A DNA stretch of 64,000 nt from a bacterium (GTDB lineage Bacteria > Vulcanimicrobiota > Vulcanimicrobiia > Vulcanimicrobiales > SCRA01), in assembly GCA_004298675.1 (NCBI GenBank), contig SCRI01000083.1:16037-80036 (forward strand), in the 5' to 3' direction. Position numbers and translations under genes: made by a program. Below, piece by piece: positions 36,364 to 45,513 of this stretch. Under the pieces are notes generated by a model, which saw only the letters and a list, made by a program, of their open reading frames with translations, was not told the origin of the DNA and ran no database searches. Within the stretch, counting starts at the first letter, position 1, and each line of letters starts with the position of its first letter.

Positions 36364-38016
36364 ATGACGCACGAGGTCTTCAACCAGCCGCCGCTGCTGG
36401 TGGATTACGACCTCTTCGGCGAGGACGCGGCGCTCGTCGAGGGCGTCGAGTGTTTCGACGCCGCCTGGGCCCGCGAGCCGCTGCATGAGTTGGGCTCCCT
36501 CGCCGGCACCGCGGAGGCCATACGCTGGGGCGAGGAGGCCAACGCCAATCCCCCGCTGCTGCGCACCCACGACCGCTTCGGGCACCGCATCGACGAGGTC
36601 GAGTTCCACCCCTCTTGGCACCGGCTCATGGACACGGCCGTCACGTATGGCCTGCACGCCTCGCCCTGGCGCGAGCCGCGCCCCGGTGCACACGTCGCGC
36701 GCGCCGCAGCTTTCGCCGTCTGGTCGCAGGTGGAGGCGGGCCACGGTTGCCCGATCTCGATGACGCACGCCGTGCTCCCGGCTTTGCGCGTGCAGCCCAG
36801 CCTCGCGGAGATCTGGGAGCCGCGCTTCACTTCTTTGAATTACGATCCCGGGCTGCGTGCGCCGCAAGAGAAGGAAGGCGCGCTGTGCGGGATGGCGCTG
36901 ACGGAGAAGCAAGGCGGCTCCGACGTACGTGCCAACACGACCGCGGCGCGGCCGGCGCAGCGCGGCGGCCCGGGTGCGGAGTATCGCCTCACCGGACACA
37001 AGTGGTTCTGTTCCGCGCCGATGTGCGACGCGTTCCTGGTGCTGGCGCAGGCCCCGGGCGGACTCGCCTGTTTTCTGCTGCCGCGCGTGCTGCCCGACGG
37101 CACGCTCAACGCCTTCCGCATCCAGCGGCTCAAAGACAAGATGGGCAATCGCTCCAACGCGTCGAGCGAGGTGGAGTTTGAGGACGCTGCGGCCTGGTTG
37201 ATCGGTGAGGAGGGGCGCGGCGTGCAGACGATCATCGAGATGATCAATCACACGCGCTTGGATTGCGCCATCGGCAGTACCGCCATCATGCGGCAAGCGG
37301 TGGCGCAGGCGGCTCATCACGCCGCGCACCGCTCCGCGTTTGGCAAGCGTTTGATCGAGCAGCCGCTGATGCGGGACGTCTTGGCCGACCTGGCGCTGGA
37401 GAGCGAGGCCGCGACGTGGCTGGTGCTGCGGCTAGCCGCAGCCTGCGACCGCGCCGCCGGCGACGTGCGCGAAGCTGCCTTCAAGCGTCTCGCCACCGCG
37501 GTGGGCAAGTACTGGATCTGCAAGCGTGCACCGGGCCATGTCTACGAAGCGTTGGAGTGCCTGGGCGGCAACGGCTACGTGGAGGAGTCGATCCTCCCGC
37601 GCCTCTACCGCGAAGCTCCGGTGAACGCGGTCTGGGAAGGCTCCGGGAACGTGATCGCACTCGACGTGTTGCGCGCGCTGAGCAGGGAGCCGCAGACGTT
37701 GGAGGCTTTCTTGGCGGAGCTGCGCGAGGCTAGCGGCGCCAATAGCTGCCTGGATGCGGCGATCACCCATCTCGAGCGCGAGCTGACGAACCGCCACGAC
37801 CCGCAGACGCGTGCGCGGCGGATCGTCGAGCAGATGGCGTTGACACTCCAAGCCTCGCTGCTGGTGCGCTTCGCACCGGCGGCCGTGGCCGACGCCTTCT
37901 GCGCTAGCCGGCTAGGCGGTGACTGGGGGCATACGTACGGCACGCTGCCCCACGGCTTGGGCTACGAGACCATTCTCGAACGGGCGCGTCCTCGCGTCAG
38001 CTCACGACCAAGTTGA
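36364..38016 (+). CDS. AidB-like acyl-CoA dehydrogenase
   Basis: MTHEVFNQPPLLVDYDLFGEDAAL... The 550-aa length and the ...MALTEKQGGSDV and CLGGNGYVEE motifs match the AidB subgroup. Confidence 0.85.
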   Translation: MTHEVFNQPPLLVDYDLFGEDAALVEGVECFDAAWAREPLHELGSLAGTAEAIRWGEEANANPPLLRTHDRFGHRIDEVEFHPSWHRLMDTAVTYGLHASPWREPRPGAHVARAAAFAVWSQVEAGHGCPISMTHAVLPALRVQPSLAEIWEPRFTSLNYDPGLRAPQEKEGALCGMALTEKQGGSDVRANTTAARPAQRGGPGAEYRLTGHKWFCSAPMCDAFLVLAQAPGGLACFLLPRVLPDGTLNAFRIQRLKDKMGNRSNASSEVEFEDAAAWLIGEEGRGVQTIIEMINHTRLDCAIGSTAIMRQAVAQAAHHAAHRSAFGKRLIEQPLMRDVLADLALESEAATWLVLRLAAACDRAAGDVREAAFKRLATAVGKYWICKRAPGHVYEALECLGGNGYVEESILPRLYREAPVNAVWEGSGNVIALDVLRALSREPQTLEAFLAELREASGANSCLDAAITHLERELTNRHDPQTRARRIVEQMALTLQASLLVRFAPAAVADAFCASRLGGDWGHTYGTLPHGLGYETILERARPRVSSRPS

Positions 38017-40486
38017 GCAGCTTATCCGGCACGTAGACGCGCTTACGCAGCGTCTTACCGTCGATCTGCGTTTGCACCGCGGGCTCCTGGAGCGCCAGCG
38101 CCGCCACGTCCTCCTCGCCGGTGCGCGGCGGGACCTGGAGCCGTGCGCGCACCTTGCCGTTGACTTGCACCACCACCGTCACCTCGTCTAGCGCCAGCAC
38201 GCCAGCGTTGGGCTGTGGAAACGTCTGCAGATGGATGCTCTCCTCGCCGCCCATGCGCTCCCAGAGCTCCTCGGCGATGTGCGGGGCGAACGGCGCCAAA
38301 GCCAGCAGGGTGCCGCGCAAAGCCTGTAAGTAGACGACGTTCTTCTCGCCGCCGGGCGTGCGCGAGAGTTCGGTGAGCGCATTCAGCACCTCATCGAGTC
38401 TGGCGATGGTCGTATTGAAGTGGAAGCGGCGCGTGTTGGCTTCGTCCAGCGCGCTCTTGTATGCGAGGTGGAGCGCCCGCAGCAGCGATTTCTCCTGCGG
38501 CGTGGCCGTGGCGGGGAGCGGGTCCACCGGCAGTTCGCGCAGGCGCGGCGCCGCTGCGTCGGCTAGGCGCCAGAGCCGGTTCAGGAAGCGCACGCGCCCT
38601 TGGATGCCGGTATCGGTCCAGTCGGTGACGTCCTCTGGCGGCCCCGCCGCAAGCAGAAAGAGACGCATCGCGTCGACGCCGTGCTGCTCGACGGTGGCGT
38701 CGATGCCCACGACGTTGCCGCGGCTCTTCGACATCTTCTCGCCGCCGTAGATCAGCGTGCCTTGGTTGAACAGGCGCGTGAACGGCTCGTCGCCTTCCAC
38801 CAACCCCATGTCGCGGCAGACGCGGTAGAAGAAGCGCGCGTAGAGCAGATGCAGCACGGCATGCTCGGCGCCGCCGATGTACTGATCCACCGGCATCCAA
38901 TGCTGGGCCAGCGCCGTGGAGAAGGGTTCCCGGTCGTTGTGCGGATCGAGGTAGCGCAGAAAATACCACGAGGAATCCATGAACGTGTCCATGGTGTCGC
39001 TCTCACGGCGTGCCGGACCGCCGCAGACGGGACACGTAGCGCGCATGAAGTTCTCGTCGCGCGCCAGCGGCGAGCCCTCGCCGGTGATCGGAATGTTCGT
39101 GGGCAGCAGCACGGGCAGCTCAGCGTACGGCACCGGCTGCTCGCCGTGCGTCTCGCAGTAGACGATCGGAATCGGCGTGCCCCAGTAACGCTGACGCGAG
39201 AGCAGCCAGTCACGGAAGCGGTAGTTGACGGTCCACTCGCCCACGCCCAACTGCGTCAGGCGATCGCCCACGGCTCGCAGTCCGCGCTTGGAGGCCATGC
39301 CGGTAAAATCGCCGCTGGCGATCATGCGCCCCTCGCTCACGTACGCCTCGTGCAGAGTCTCGGGCTCGGTCGTGCCGGGAGGCAGGATGACCTGAACGAT
39401 CGGTAGTGCGTGCTTGCGCGCGAACTCGAAATCGCGCTCGTCGTGTGCGGGAACGCCCATGACGGCGCCGGTGCCGTACTCCGCCAGCACGTAGTTGGTG
39501 ACCCAAATCGGCACGCGCTCGTGTGACAACGGATTCACTGCATAGATTCCGGTGAAGACGCCGTCCTTCTCCATGAGTGAGGTGCGCTCGAGTTCGCTCT
39601 TGTTCTTCACGCCTTGGATGAAGCGCTCGATCTCGCCGGAGCGTTTGCTGATCTCCAGCAGTTTCGCCACCACCGGATGCTCGGCGGCGATGGCCAAGAA
39701 CGTCACGCCGAACGTGGTGTCGGGGCGCGTGGTGAAGACGCGAATATGCTGGCCTAGACGCTCGATTTCAAACGAGAAGGTGACGCCCTGGCTGCGTCCG
39801 ATCCAGTTGCGCTGCATGGTCTTGATGCGCTCGGGCCAGCCGGGGAGATCGTCCAGCCCGTTCAGCAACTCGTCGGCATAGGCCGTGATCTTCAGGAACC
39901 ACTGCGAGAGGTTGCGGCGCTCGACGGGGCTGCCGCAGCGCCAGCAGACGCCGCCTTCGGCCTGCTCGTTGGCGAGCACGGTCTGGTCCTTGGGGCACCA
40001 GTTCACGGGCGCCTCGCGCTTGTAGGCCAGGCCACGCTCGTACATCTTCAGGAAGAACCACTGATTCCAGCGGTAGTACTCGGGCTCGCAGCTGGCGATC
40101 TCGCGCGACCAGTCGTACGACGTCCCCAGCAGCCGGAGCTGGCGCTCCATGTTGGCGATGTTCTGGTGCGTCCACTGGGAGGGGTCGATGCCGCGCTGGA
40201 TGGCGGCGTTCTCCGCCGGAAGACCGAAGGCGTCCCAACCCATCGGGTGCACGACGTTGTAGCCCTGCATGCGCATCATGCGCGCCACGGCGTCGCCGAG
40301 GGTGTAATTCTTGGCATGACCGACGTGCAGATCCCCGGACGGGTACGGCAGCATTTCGAGCGTGTAGTACTTGGGCTTGGGCGAGTCGTCGGACGCGCGA
40401 TAGAGCGCGCGTTCCTCCCATTGCCGCTGCCAGCGCCGCTCGGTGGATGCGTGATCGTACGTTTGGGGAGGAGTCGTCTCGGTCAT
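37997..40486 (-). CDS. leuS: Leucine--tRNA ligase
   Basis: YTLEMLPYPSGDLHVGH (HIGH), KMSKSRGN and the CP1 editing domain are present. Trimmed to the ATG at 40486. Confidence 0.95.
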   Translation of the reverse strand: MTETTPPQTYDHASTERRWQRQWEERALYRASDDSPKPKYYTLEMLPYPSGDLHVGHAKNYTLGDAVARMMRMQGYNVVHPMGWDAFGLPAENAAIQRGIDPSQWTHQNIANMERQLRLLGTSYDWSREIASCEPEYYRWNQWFFLKMYERGLAYKREAPVNWCPKDQTVLANEQAEGGVCWRCGSPVERRNLSQWFLKITAYADELLNGLDDLPGWPERIKTMQRNWIGRSQGVTFSFEIERLGQHIRVFTTRPDTTFGVTFLAIAAEHPVVAKLLEISKRSGEIERFIQGVKNKSELERTSLMEKDGVFTGIYAVNPLSHERVPIWVTNYVLAEYGTGAVMGVPAHDERDFEFARKHALPIVQVILPPGTTEPETLHEAYVSEGRMIASGDFTGMASKRGLRAVGDRLTQLGVGEWTVNYRFRDWLLSRQRYWGTPIPIVYCETHGEQPVPYAELPVLLPTNIPITGEGSPLARDENFMRATCPVCGGPARRESDTMDTFMDSSWYFLRYLDPHNDREPFSTALAQHWMPVDQYIGGAEHAVLHLLYARFFYRVCRDMGLVEGDEPFTRLFNQGTLIYGGEKMSKSRGNVVGIDATVEQHGVDAMRLFLLAAGPPEDVTDWTDTGIQGRVRFLNRLWRLADAAAPRLRELPVDPLPATATPQEKSLLRALHLAYKSALDEANTRRFHFNTTIARLDEVLNALTELSRTPGGEKNVVYLQALRGTLLALAPFAPHIAEELWERMGGEESIHLQTFPQPNAGVLALDEVTVVVQVNGKVRARLQVPPRTGEEDVAALALQEPAVQTQIDGKTLRKRVYVPDKLLNLVVS

Positions 40487-40556
40487 AGCAGGCCCGTTTC
40501 GCCTCCGGAGCCTCAAGTGCTTTCCAGCGGCCGGTGCGCACGCAGAGGAGAGGCGT

Positions 40557-41165
40557 ATGCGCTCGTTTTCGCCCGTGCTGCTGCGCCTTGCCGGCGCGCT
40601 GATCTTGCTGCCCGCCGTCGTGGCCGCGGCGCGCTTCGGTCTGGCGTGGCAGGCTGCGCCGTCCCCGCCGCCGTCCGTCCACGCGGCGGCGCGCGCCGCC
40701 TCAACCCCGGCGGCGCTGGCAGTCGTCTACGTGGCGGGCGCGGTGGCTCGTCCGGGGCTGGTGAGCCTGCCGGCGGGAGCGCGTGTGGCCGTCGCGGTAG
40801 CGCGCGCGGTGCCGCTTGCGCAGAGCGATCTGGTGGCGGTCAATCTCGCCGCGCGGGTCGCGGACGGTGAGGAGATCGTCGTCCCCGTCCGCGGCGCCGT
40901 GGCGAGCCGCGTACCGGGCGCCACCGCGCGCGTCTCACACCGGCGTGTGGCGCGCCCGAGCGCTCCGCCTGCGCAACCGCTCTCGCTCAATGCAGCCGAT
41001 GCGCAAGCGCTCGCCGCGGTTCCCGGCATCGGAGCGCGCACGGCCGCGCGCATCGTTGCGTATCGCGAGACCTACGGCCCCTTTGCCGCCGTTGACGACC
41101 TGCTCGACGTCGCCGGGATCACCGAACGCTCGCTTGCGCGGGCGGCGCCGTACCTGCGTCCGTGA
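40557..41165 (+). CDS. comEA: ComEA-like competence protein (TM anchor, SLBB, tandem helix-hairpin-helix)
   Basis: N-terminal TM helix, VYVAGAVARPGLV (SLBB), and LNAADAQALAAVPGIGARTAARIVAYRETYGPFAAVDDLLDVAGI (HhH). Confidence 0.85.
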   Translation: MRSFSPVLLRLAGALILLPAVVAAARFGLAWQAAPSPPPSVHAAARAASTPAALAVVYVAGAVARPGLVSLPAGARVAVAVARAVPLAQSDLVAVNLAARVADGEEIVVPVRGAVASRVPGATARVSHRRVARPSAPPAQPLSLNAADAQALAAVPGIGARTAARIVAYRETYGPFAAVDDLLDVAGITERSLARAAPYLRP

Positions 41166-41166
41166 C

Positions 41167-41182
41167 ACGTTTTATAAAATGT
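41167..41182. promoter_or_regulatory. AT-rich near-palindrome upstream of the fadD-like gene
   Basis: ACGTTTTATAAAATGT contains the perfect 10-bp palindrome TTTTATAAAA at 41170-41179. It stands out against the GC-rich context and lies 31 nt upstream of ATG 41213. Confidence 0.3.
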
Positions 41183-41212
41183 CCGGCGCCGCCGCTCCGA
41201 GAAATCGGTGCC

Positions 41213-43030
41213 ATGGCTACCTCCACGAGCTTCGCGGCGGGGGCGGAGACGCGCTCCCTTCCGGAGTTGCTGTTACCGGCGTTGCGCGCCGATCTCCCCG
41301 ATCTGCTGTGCGAGCGCACGCAGCGCGGCGGCCCGTACCGCCGCTTGAGCTCGCGAGAGGTGCTGAGCCGTGCCCAGCGCGTCGCCTTGGGGCTGCGCGA
41401 ATTGGGGCTGAAGGCGGGGGATCGCGTCGCGCTGCTTTCGCCCAATTGCATCGACTGGATCGTCGCCGACTTGGGCACCCAGCTCGCCGGAATGGTGACG
41501 GTGCCGATCTTCGCCACGCAGGCCGCCGATCAAGTCGCCTACATCTTGCGCCACGCGCAGGCGCGCGTGCTCTTCCTGCATGATCAGGGGCAGCGCACGC
41601 AGCTATTGGAGGCGGGAGCAGAGCTTCCGGAAACCTTCATCTTCGGCGGCGCGGGGGCGGAGGGCATGGCGGCGCTGGAGGCGCGCGGCGAGCAGCGCGC
41701 GGCGGCCGCTCCCGAGGAGTTGCTGCATCTGGGCGAAGGCATCCCCGGCGACGCCCTCTGTACGCTGATCTATACCTCGGGAACGACGGGCGATCCCAAG
41801 GGCGTGATGCTCACGCACAGCAACTTCACCAGCAACGTGGTCGACGCGTTCGTAGCCGGAATGAGCGGCCTGCGCGCGCGCGACGTGGTGCTCTCAGTGC
41901 TGCCGGTCGCGCATATTTACGAGCGCATGATCACCTACGGCTACCTCTACATTCAGTGCTCCACGTACATCTGTCATAGCCCCGACGAGTTGCTCGACGA
42001 TTTGCGCGCGGTGCGCCCCAAAGTCATGACCGCCGTTCCACGCCTCTTCGAGCGCATGCTCTCGGGGATCGTCGGCAAGGCCCGCGAGGACGGCGGCCTC
42101 AAGGCGCGCCTGGTGCCCTGGGCTCTGGCCGTCGGCCGCGAGCGCATGCGCGTAACCCTGGTGGAAGGCCGCCGGCCGCCGCTTGGGCTGGCACTGGCGT
42201 TCGCCGTGGCGCGGACCTTGGTGTTGAAGCGGATTCCGCCGCTGATGGGGCTAGATCGCCTCCACTTTTTCGTCTCGGGCAGCGCGCCGCTGCACCTCGA
42301 CACCACGCTCACCTTCGCGGGGCTGGGACTGGAGATTCTGCAGGGTTACGGACTCACCGAGACCTCGCCGGTGGTCACCGTCAACCCGCTGGGAGAGAAT
42401 CGGCTGGGCAGCGTGGGGCGCGTCATTCCGCACGTCGAGGTCAAGATCGCGCCGGACGGCGAGATCCTCGTGCGCGGCGCCAACGTGATGAAGGGCTACT
42501 ATCTCAACGACGCCGCCAACGCGGCGGCGTTTGAGGACGGCTGGTTCCGCACCGGCGACATCGGTCGCTTCGACGACGACGGCTACCTTTACGTCACGGA
42601 CCGCAAGAAGGAGCTGCTGAAGACCTCCGGCGGCAAGTATCTCTCGCCCGCCCGCATCGAGACCGCGCTCAAACGCTCCATCTACATCGCGCAGGTGATG
42701 GTGGTTGGCGAGGGGCGGCCCCATCCCGCGGCACTCATCGCGCCGGATTGGAAGCTGGTGCGCGAGCATCTCGGCGTTCCACCGCGCACGCGGACCGAGG
42801 ACCTCGCCCGTGACGAGCGCGTGGTGCGCTTGTTCGCACACGAAGTGCACGAACAGAGCGAAGGGCTCTCGCCGTTCGAGCAGATTCGCCGTTTCGCGGT
42901 GCTGCCGCGTGAGCTGACCGTTGAGACGGGGGAGCTCTCGCCGACGCTCAAGCTCAAGCGGCGTATCATCGAAAAGCGCTACGCGGAGCTGGTCGAGCGC
43001 GTCTACGCGGAGGCGGTACCTACGGAGTAG
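41213..43030 (+). CDS. fadD: Long-chain-fatty-acid--CoA ligase (AMP-dependent synthetase)
   Basis: LIYTSGTTGDPKGVMLTH (the AMP-binding P-loop), GYGLTETS and ...GDIGRFDDDGYLYVTDRKKELLKTSGGKY. The ORF could start at GTG 41162, but I prefer ATG 41213. Confidence 0.85.
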   Translation: MATSTSFAAGAETRSLPELLLPALRADLPDLLCERTQRGGPYRRLSSREVLSRAQRVALGLRELGLKAGDRVALLSPNCIDWIVADLGTQLAGMVTVPIFATQAADQVAYILRHAQARVLFLHDQGQRTQLLEAGAELPETFIFGGAGAEGMAALEARGEQRAAAAPEELLHLGEGIPGDALCTLIYTSGTTGDPKGVMLTHSNFTSNVVDAFVAGMSGLRARDVVLSVLPVAHIYERMITYGYLYIQCSTYICHSPDELLDDLRAVRPKVMTAVPRLFERMLSGIVGKAREDGGLKARLVPWALAVGRERMRVTLVEGRRPPLGLALAFAVARTLVLKRIPPLMGLDRLHFFVSGSAPLHLDTTLTFAGLGLEILQGYGLTETSPVVTVNPLGENRLGSVGRVIPHVEVKIAPDGEILVRGANVMKGYYLNDAANAAAFEDGWFRTGDIGRFDDDGYLYVTDRKKELLKTSGGKYLSPARIETALKRSIYIAQVMVVGEGRPHPAALIAPDWKLVREHLGVPPRTRTEDLARDERVVRLFAHEVHEQSEGLSPFEQIRRFAVLPRELTVETGELSPTLKLKRRIIEKRYAELVERVYAEAVPTE

Positions 43031-43479
43031 GGCTCGCCCTGCCCGAGGTCGAGCGCTGCATGCAGCGCTCCGGCGGCGTGCTCGATGACCGCGCGGCGCT
43101 CCGCGCCGCCGGCTCCGATCAGATGGCTCAGCGCGCGCTCGATGCGCATCGCGCGATCGGCCAAGAGCAGGCGCCCTGTCGGGGTCAGGGTCAGGCCTGC
43201 GGCGCGGCCGCGGCCTTGCCCGGGCTCGCGTGCAACGACGCCCTTGCCGGTCAAGCGCTTCACGATGGCGCTAGCAGCGTTGGGGCTCAAGCCCGTGCGT
43301 GCCGCCAGCTCCGCAGTGAGCGTCGCGCCGGCCGCGATCTGCTCCATGACGGCCAACTGGGTCACGGAGACACGCGGCTCGAGGTGCTCCAACTGATCGG
43401 CAAGGAAGGACGAGAGACGGGAAACCAAGGCAGCGAGCGATGGATAATCGCCCGCTGGGGGAACCATGGCGGGGGACAT
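43003..43479 (-). CDS. MarR-family transcriptional regulator
   Basis: The winged-helix core LAVMEQIAAGATLTAELAARTGLSPNAASAIVKRLTGKGVVAREP is present. The gene is divergent from the acyl-CoA dehydrogenase operon. Confidence 0.85.
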   Translation of the reverse strand: MSPAMVPPAGDYPSLAALVSRLSSFLADQLEHLEPRVSVTQLAVMEQIAAGATLTAELAARTGLSPNAASAIVKRLTGKGVVAREPGQGRGRAAGLTLTPTGRLLLADRAMRIERALSHLIGAGGAERRAVIEHAAGALHAALDLGQGEPYSVGTASA

Positions 43480-43536
43480 ACCCCTAGCCTAACGGGCTCC
43501 GCTCCGGGTACGAAATGAGTGCGGTCACAGCGGCTC

Positions 43537-43565
43537 TTGACGAGCGGTCTGACCGGCGCTAGTAT
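43537..43565 (+). promoter_or_regulatory. Sigma-70-like promoter for the beta-oxidation operon
   Basis: TTGACG (43537-43542), a 17-nt spacer, then TAGTAT (43560-43565), about 125 nt upstream of the ATG at 43692. Confidence 0.45.
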
Positions 43566-43579
43566 GTTACGTGAGGCTA

Positions 43580-43595
43580 TTGATAATTTTATCAA
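43580..43595. promoter_or_regulatory. Operator-like AT-rich palindrome TTGATAA-TT-TTATCAA
   Basis: Perfect 7-bp inverted arms with a 2-bp spacer, 15 nt downstream of the putative -10. It lies in the marR/acyl-CoA dehydrogenase divergent region. Confidence 0.45.
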
Positions 43596-43691
43596 CATGT
43601 GGACTTCGCCCGCCGCGCCGCGCTTTGCATGCCGGCGCGAGTTTACCGTTCCGCCGCGTCATGCCAAGGAACGCGAGAGAGTGTGGAGATC

Positions 43692-45512
43692 ATGAGCACG
43701 TACCAAGCACCCCTACGAGACATGCAATTCGTCCTGCGCGAGCTCGCAGGCGCCGAGGACGTCGCCAAACTGCCCGGCTGTGAGGAGACGCTGGACGTCC
43801 TCGACTCGATCCTCGAAGAGGCCGCCGCGTTTGCCACGGGCGTGCTCGATCCGCTCAACGTGAAGGCCGACCGCGAAGGCTGCACGTGGAAGGACGGCGA
43901 GGTCACCACCCCCACGGGTTTCAAGGATGCGTACCGGCAGTTCGCGCAGGCGGGCTGGATCGGTCTCCCCGTTCCCGCCGAGTACGGCGGTCAGGGTCTG
44001 CCCTCGCTGCTGCTGGGGCCCACGCTCGAGATGTGGAACGGCGCCAACGTAGGATTTGCCAACGGTCCGCTGCTCAATCAAGGCGCGATCGAGGCGATCG
44101 AGCTGGTCGGTTCCGAGGAGCAGAAGCAGCGCTACATTCCTAAGCTGGTCTCCGGCGATTGGACCGGCACGATGTGCCTGACGGAGCCGCAGGCGGGCTC
44201 CGATCTCGCGCAAGTGCGAAGCAAAGCCGTGCCGGAGGGCGATCACTACCGTATCAGCGGGCAGAAGATCTTCATCACGTTCGGCGAGCACGACATGGCG
44301 AAGAACATCGTGCACTTGGTGCTGGCCCGCTTGCCCGATGCGCCTGAGGGCACCAAGGGTATCTCGCTCTTCATCGTGCCCAAGTTCTTGGTGAACGCGG
44401 ACGGTACGCTGGGTGAGCATAACGACATCTACTGCGCCGGCATCGAGCACAAGCTCGGCATCAACGGCAATCCCACCTGCACGATGAACTACGGCGAGAA
44501 GTCCGGTGCGATCGGCTATCTCGTGGGCGAGCCGAATCGCGGCCTCGAGTACATGTTCATCATGATGAATGCAGCGCGTTTCAGCGTTGGCGTGCAGGGC
44601 CTGGCTATTGCCGACCGCGCCTATCAAAGTGCGCTGGCGTATGCCAAGGAACGCGTGCAGAGCCGCGACGTGGCGGCGCGCTCGCCGCAGCCGCAGCCCA
44701 TCATCAAACACCCTGACGTGCGCCGCATGCTGATGTGGATGAAGTCCCAGCTCGAGGCGATGCGCGCGCTTTCGTACGTGACCGCGATGTCGCTGGATTT
44801 CGCCCACCGCCACCCCGACGAGAAGGTGCGCCGCGAGCACAAGGCCTTCGTCGAGCTGATGATTCCGGTGGTCAAGGGCTGGTGCACCGAGACCGCCGTC
44901 GACCTCTGCTCGACCGCGGTGCAGGTGTTCGGCGGGATGGGCTACATCGAGGAGACGGGCATCGCGCAGCAGTACCGCGACGTTCGCATCACCACGATCT
45001 ACGAAGGCAGCACCGGTATCCAGGCGCTGGATCTGGTGGGCCGCAAGCTGATCCGCGATATGGGCTCCACCGCCACGGCCGTCGTCACCAAGATGAAGAA
45101 GTTCGCCAAGGAACTGCAAGGCGACGACAACGCCGACGTCAAGGCGATCGGGGCGGCCTTTGCGCGCGGTGTCGAAACGCTGGCCGATACGTCGCAGTGG
45201 ATCGGCATGAACGCCATGGGCGACCTGCACACGGCCTTCGCCTGCTCGGTCCCGTACCTGAAGCTCTGGGGCGTGGTGGCAGGCGGTTGGCAGATGGCGC
45301 GTGCGGCGCAGATCGCGGCTCGCAAGATCGCCGCCGGCGATCGCGAGGCCGACTTCTACCAGGCCAAGCTCGCCACGGCACGCTTTTACGCGACCAACGT
45401 GATGAGCCAAGACGCGTGGCTGCAGCGTCAGATCAAGGAGAGCTCGGCCGACGTGATGACGCTCTCCGAAGGGCAGTTCGAGTTGGACCGTAAGCCCACG
45501 GTGGTGGCATAA
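43692..45512 (+). CDS. Acyl-CoA dehydrogenase (about 600-aa long-form)
   Basis: MSTYQAPLRDMQFVLREL..., CLTEPQAGSDL and ...VFGGMGYIEETG. GGAG lies upstream of the ATG at 43692. Confidence 0.9.
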   Translation: MSTYQAPLRDMQFVLRELAGAEDVAKLPGCEETLDVLDSILEEAAAFATGVLDPLNVKADREGCTWKDGEVTTPTGFKDAYRQFAQAGWIGLPVPAEYGGQGLPSLLLGPTLEMWNGANVGFANGPLLNQGAIEAIELVGSEEQKQRYIPKLVSGDWTGTMCLTEPQAGSDLAQVRSKAVPEGDHYRISGQKIFITFGEHDMAKNIVHLVLARLPDAPEGTKGISLFIVPKFLVNADGTLGEHNDIYCAGIEHKLGINGNPTCTMNYGEKSGAIGYLVGEPNRGLEYMFIMMNAARFSVGVQGLAIADRAYQSALAYAKERVQSRDVAARSPQPQPIIKHPDVRRMLMWMKSQLEAMRALSYVTAMSLDFAHRHPDEKVRREHKAFVELMIPVVKGWCTETAVDLCSTAVQVFGGMGYIEETGIAQQYRDVRITTIYEGSTGIQALDLVGRKLIRDMGSTATAVVTKMKKFAKELQGDDNADVKAIGAAFARGVETLADTSQWIGMNAMGDLHTAFACSVPYLKLWGVVAGGWQMARAAQIAARKIAAGDREADFYQAKLATARFYATNVMSQDAWLQRQIKESSADVMTLSEGQFELDRKPTVVA

Positions 45513-45513
45513 G

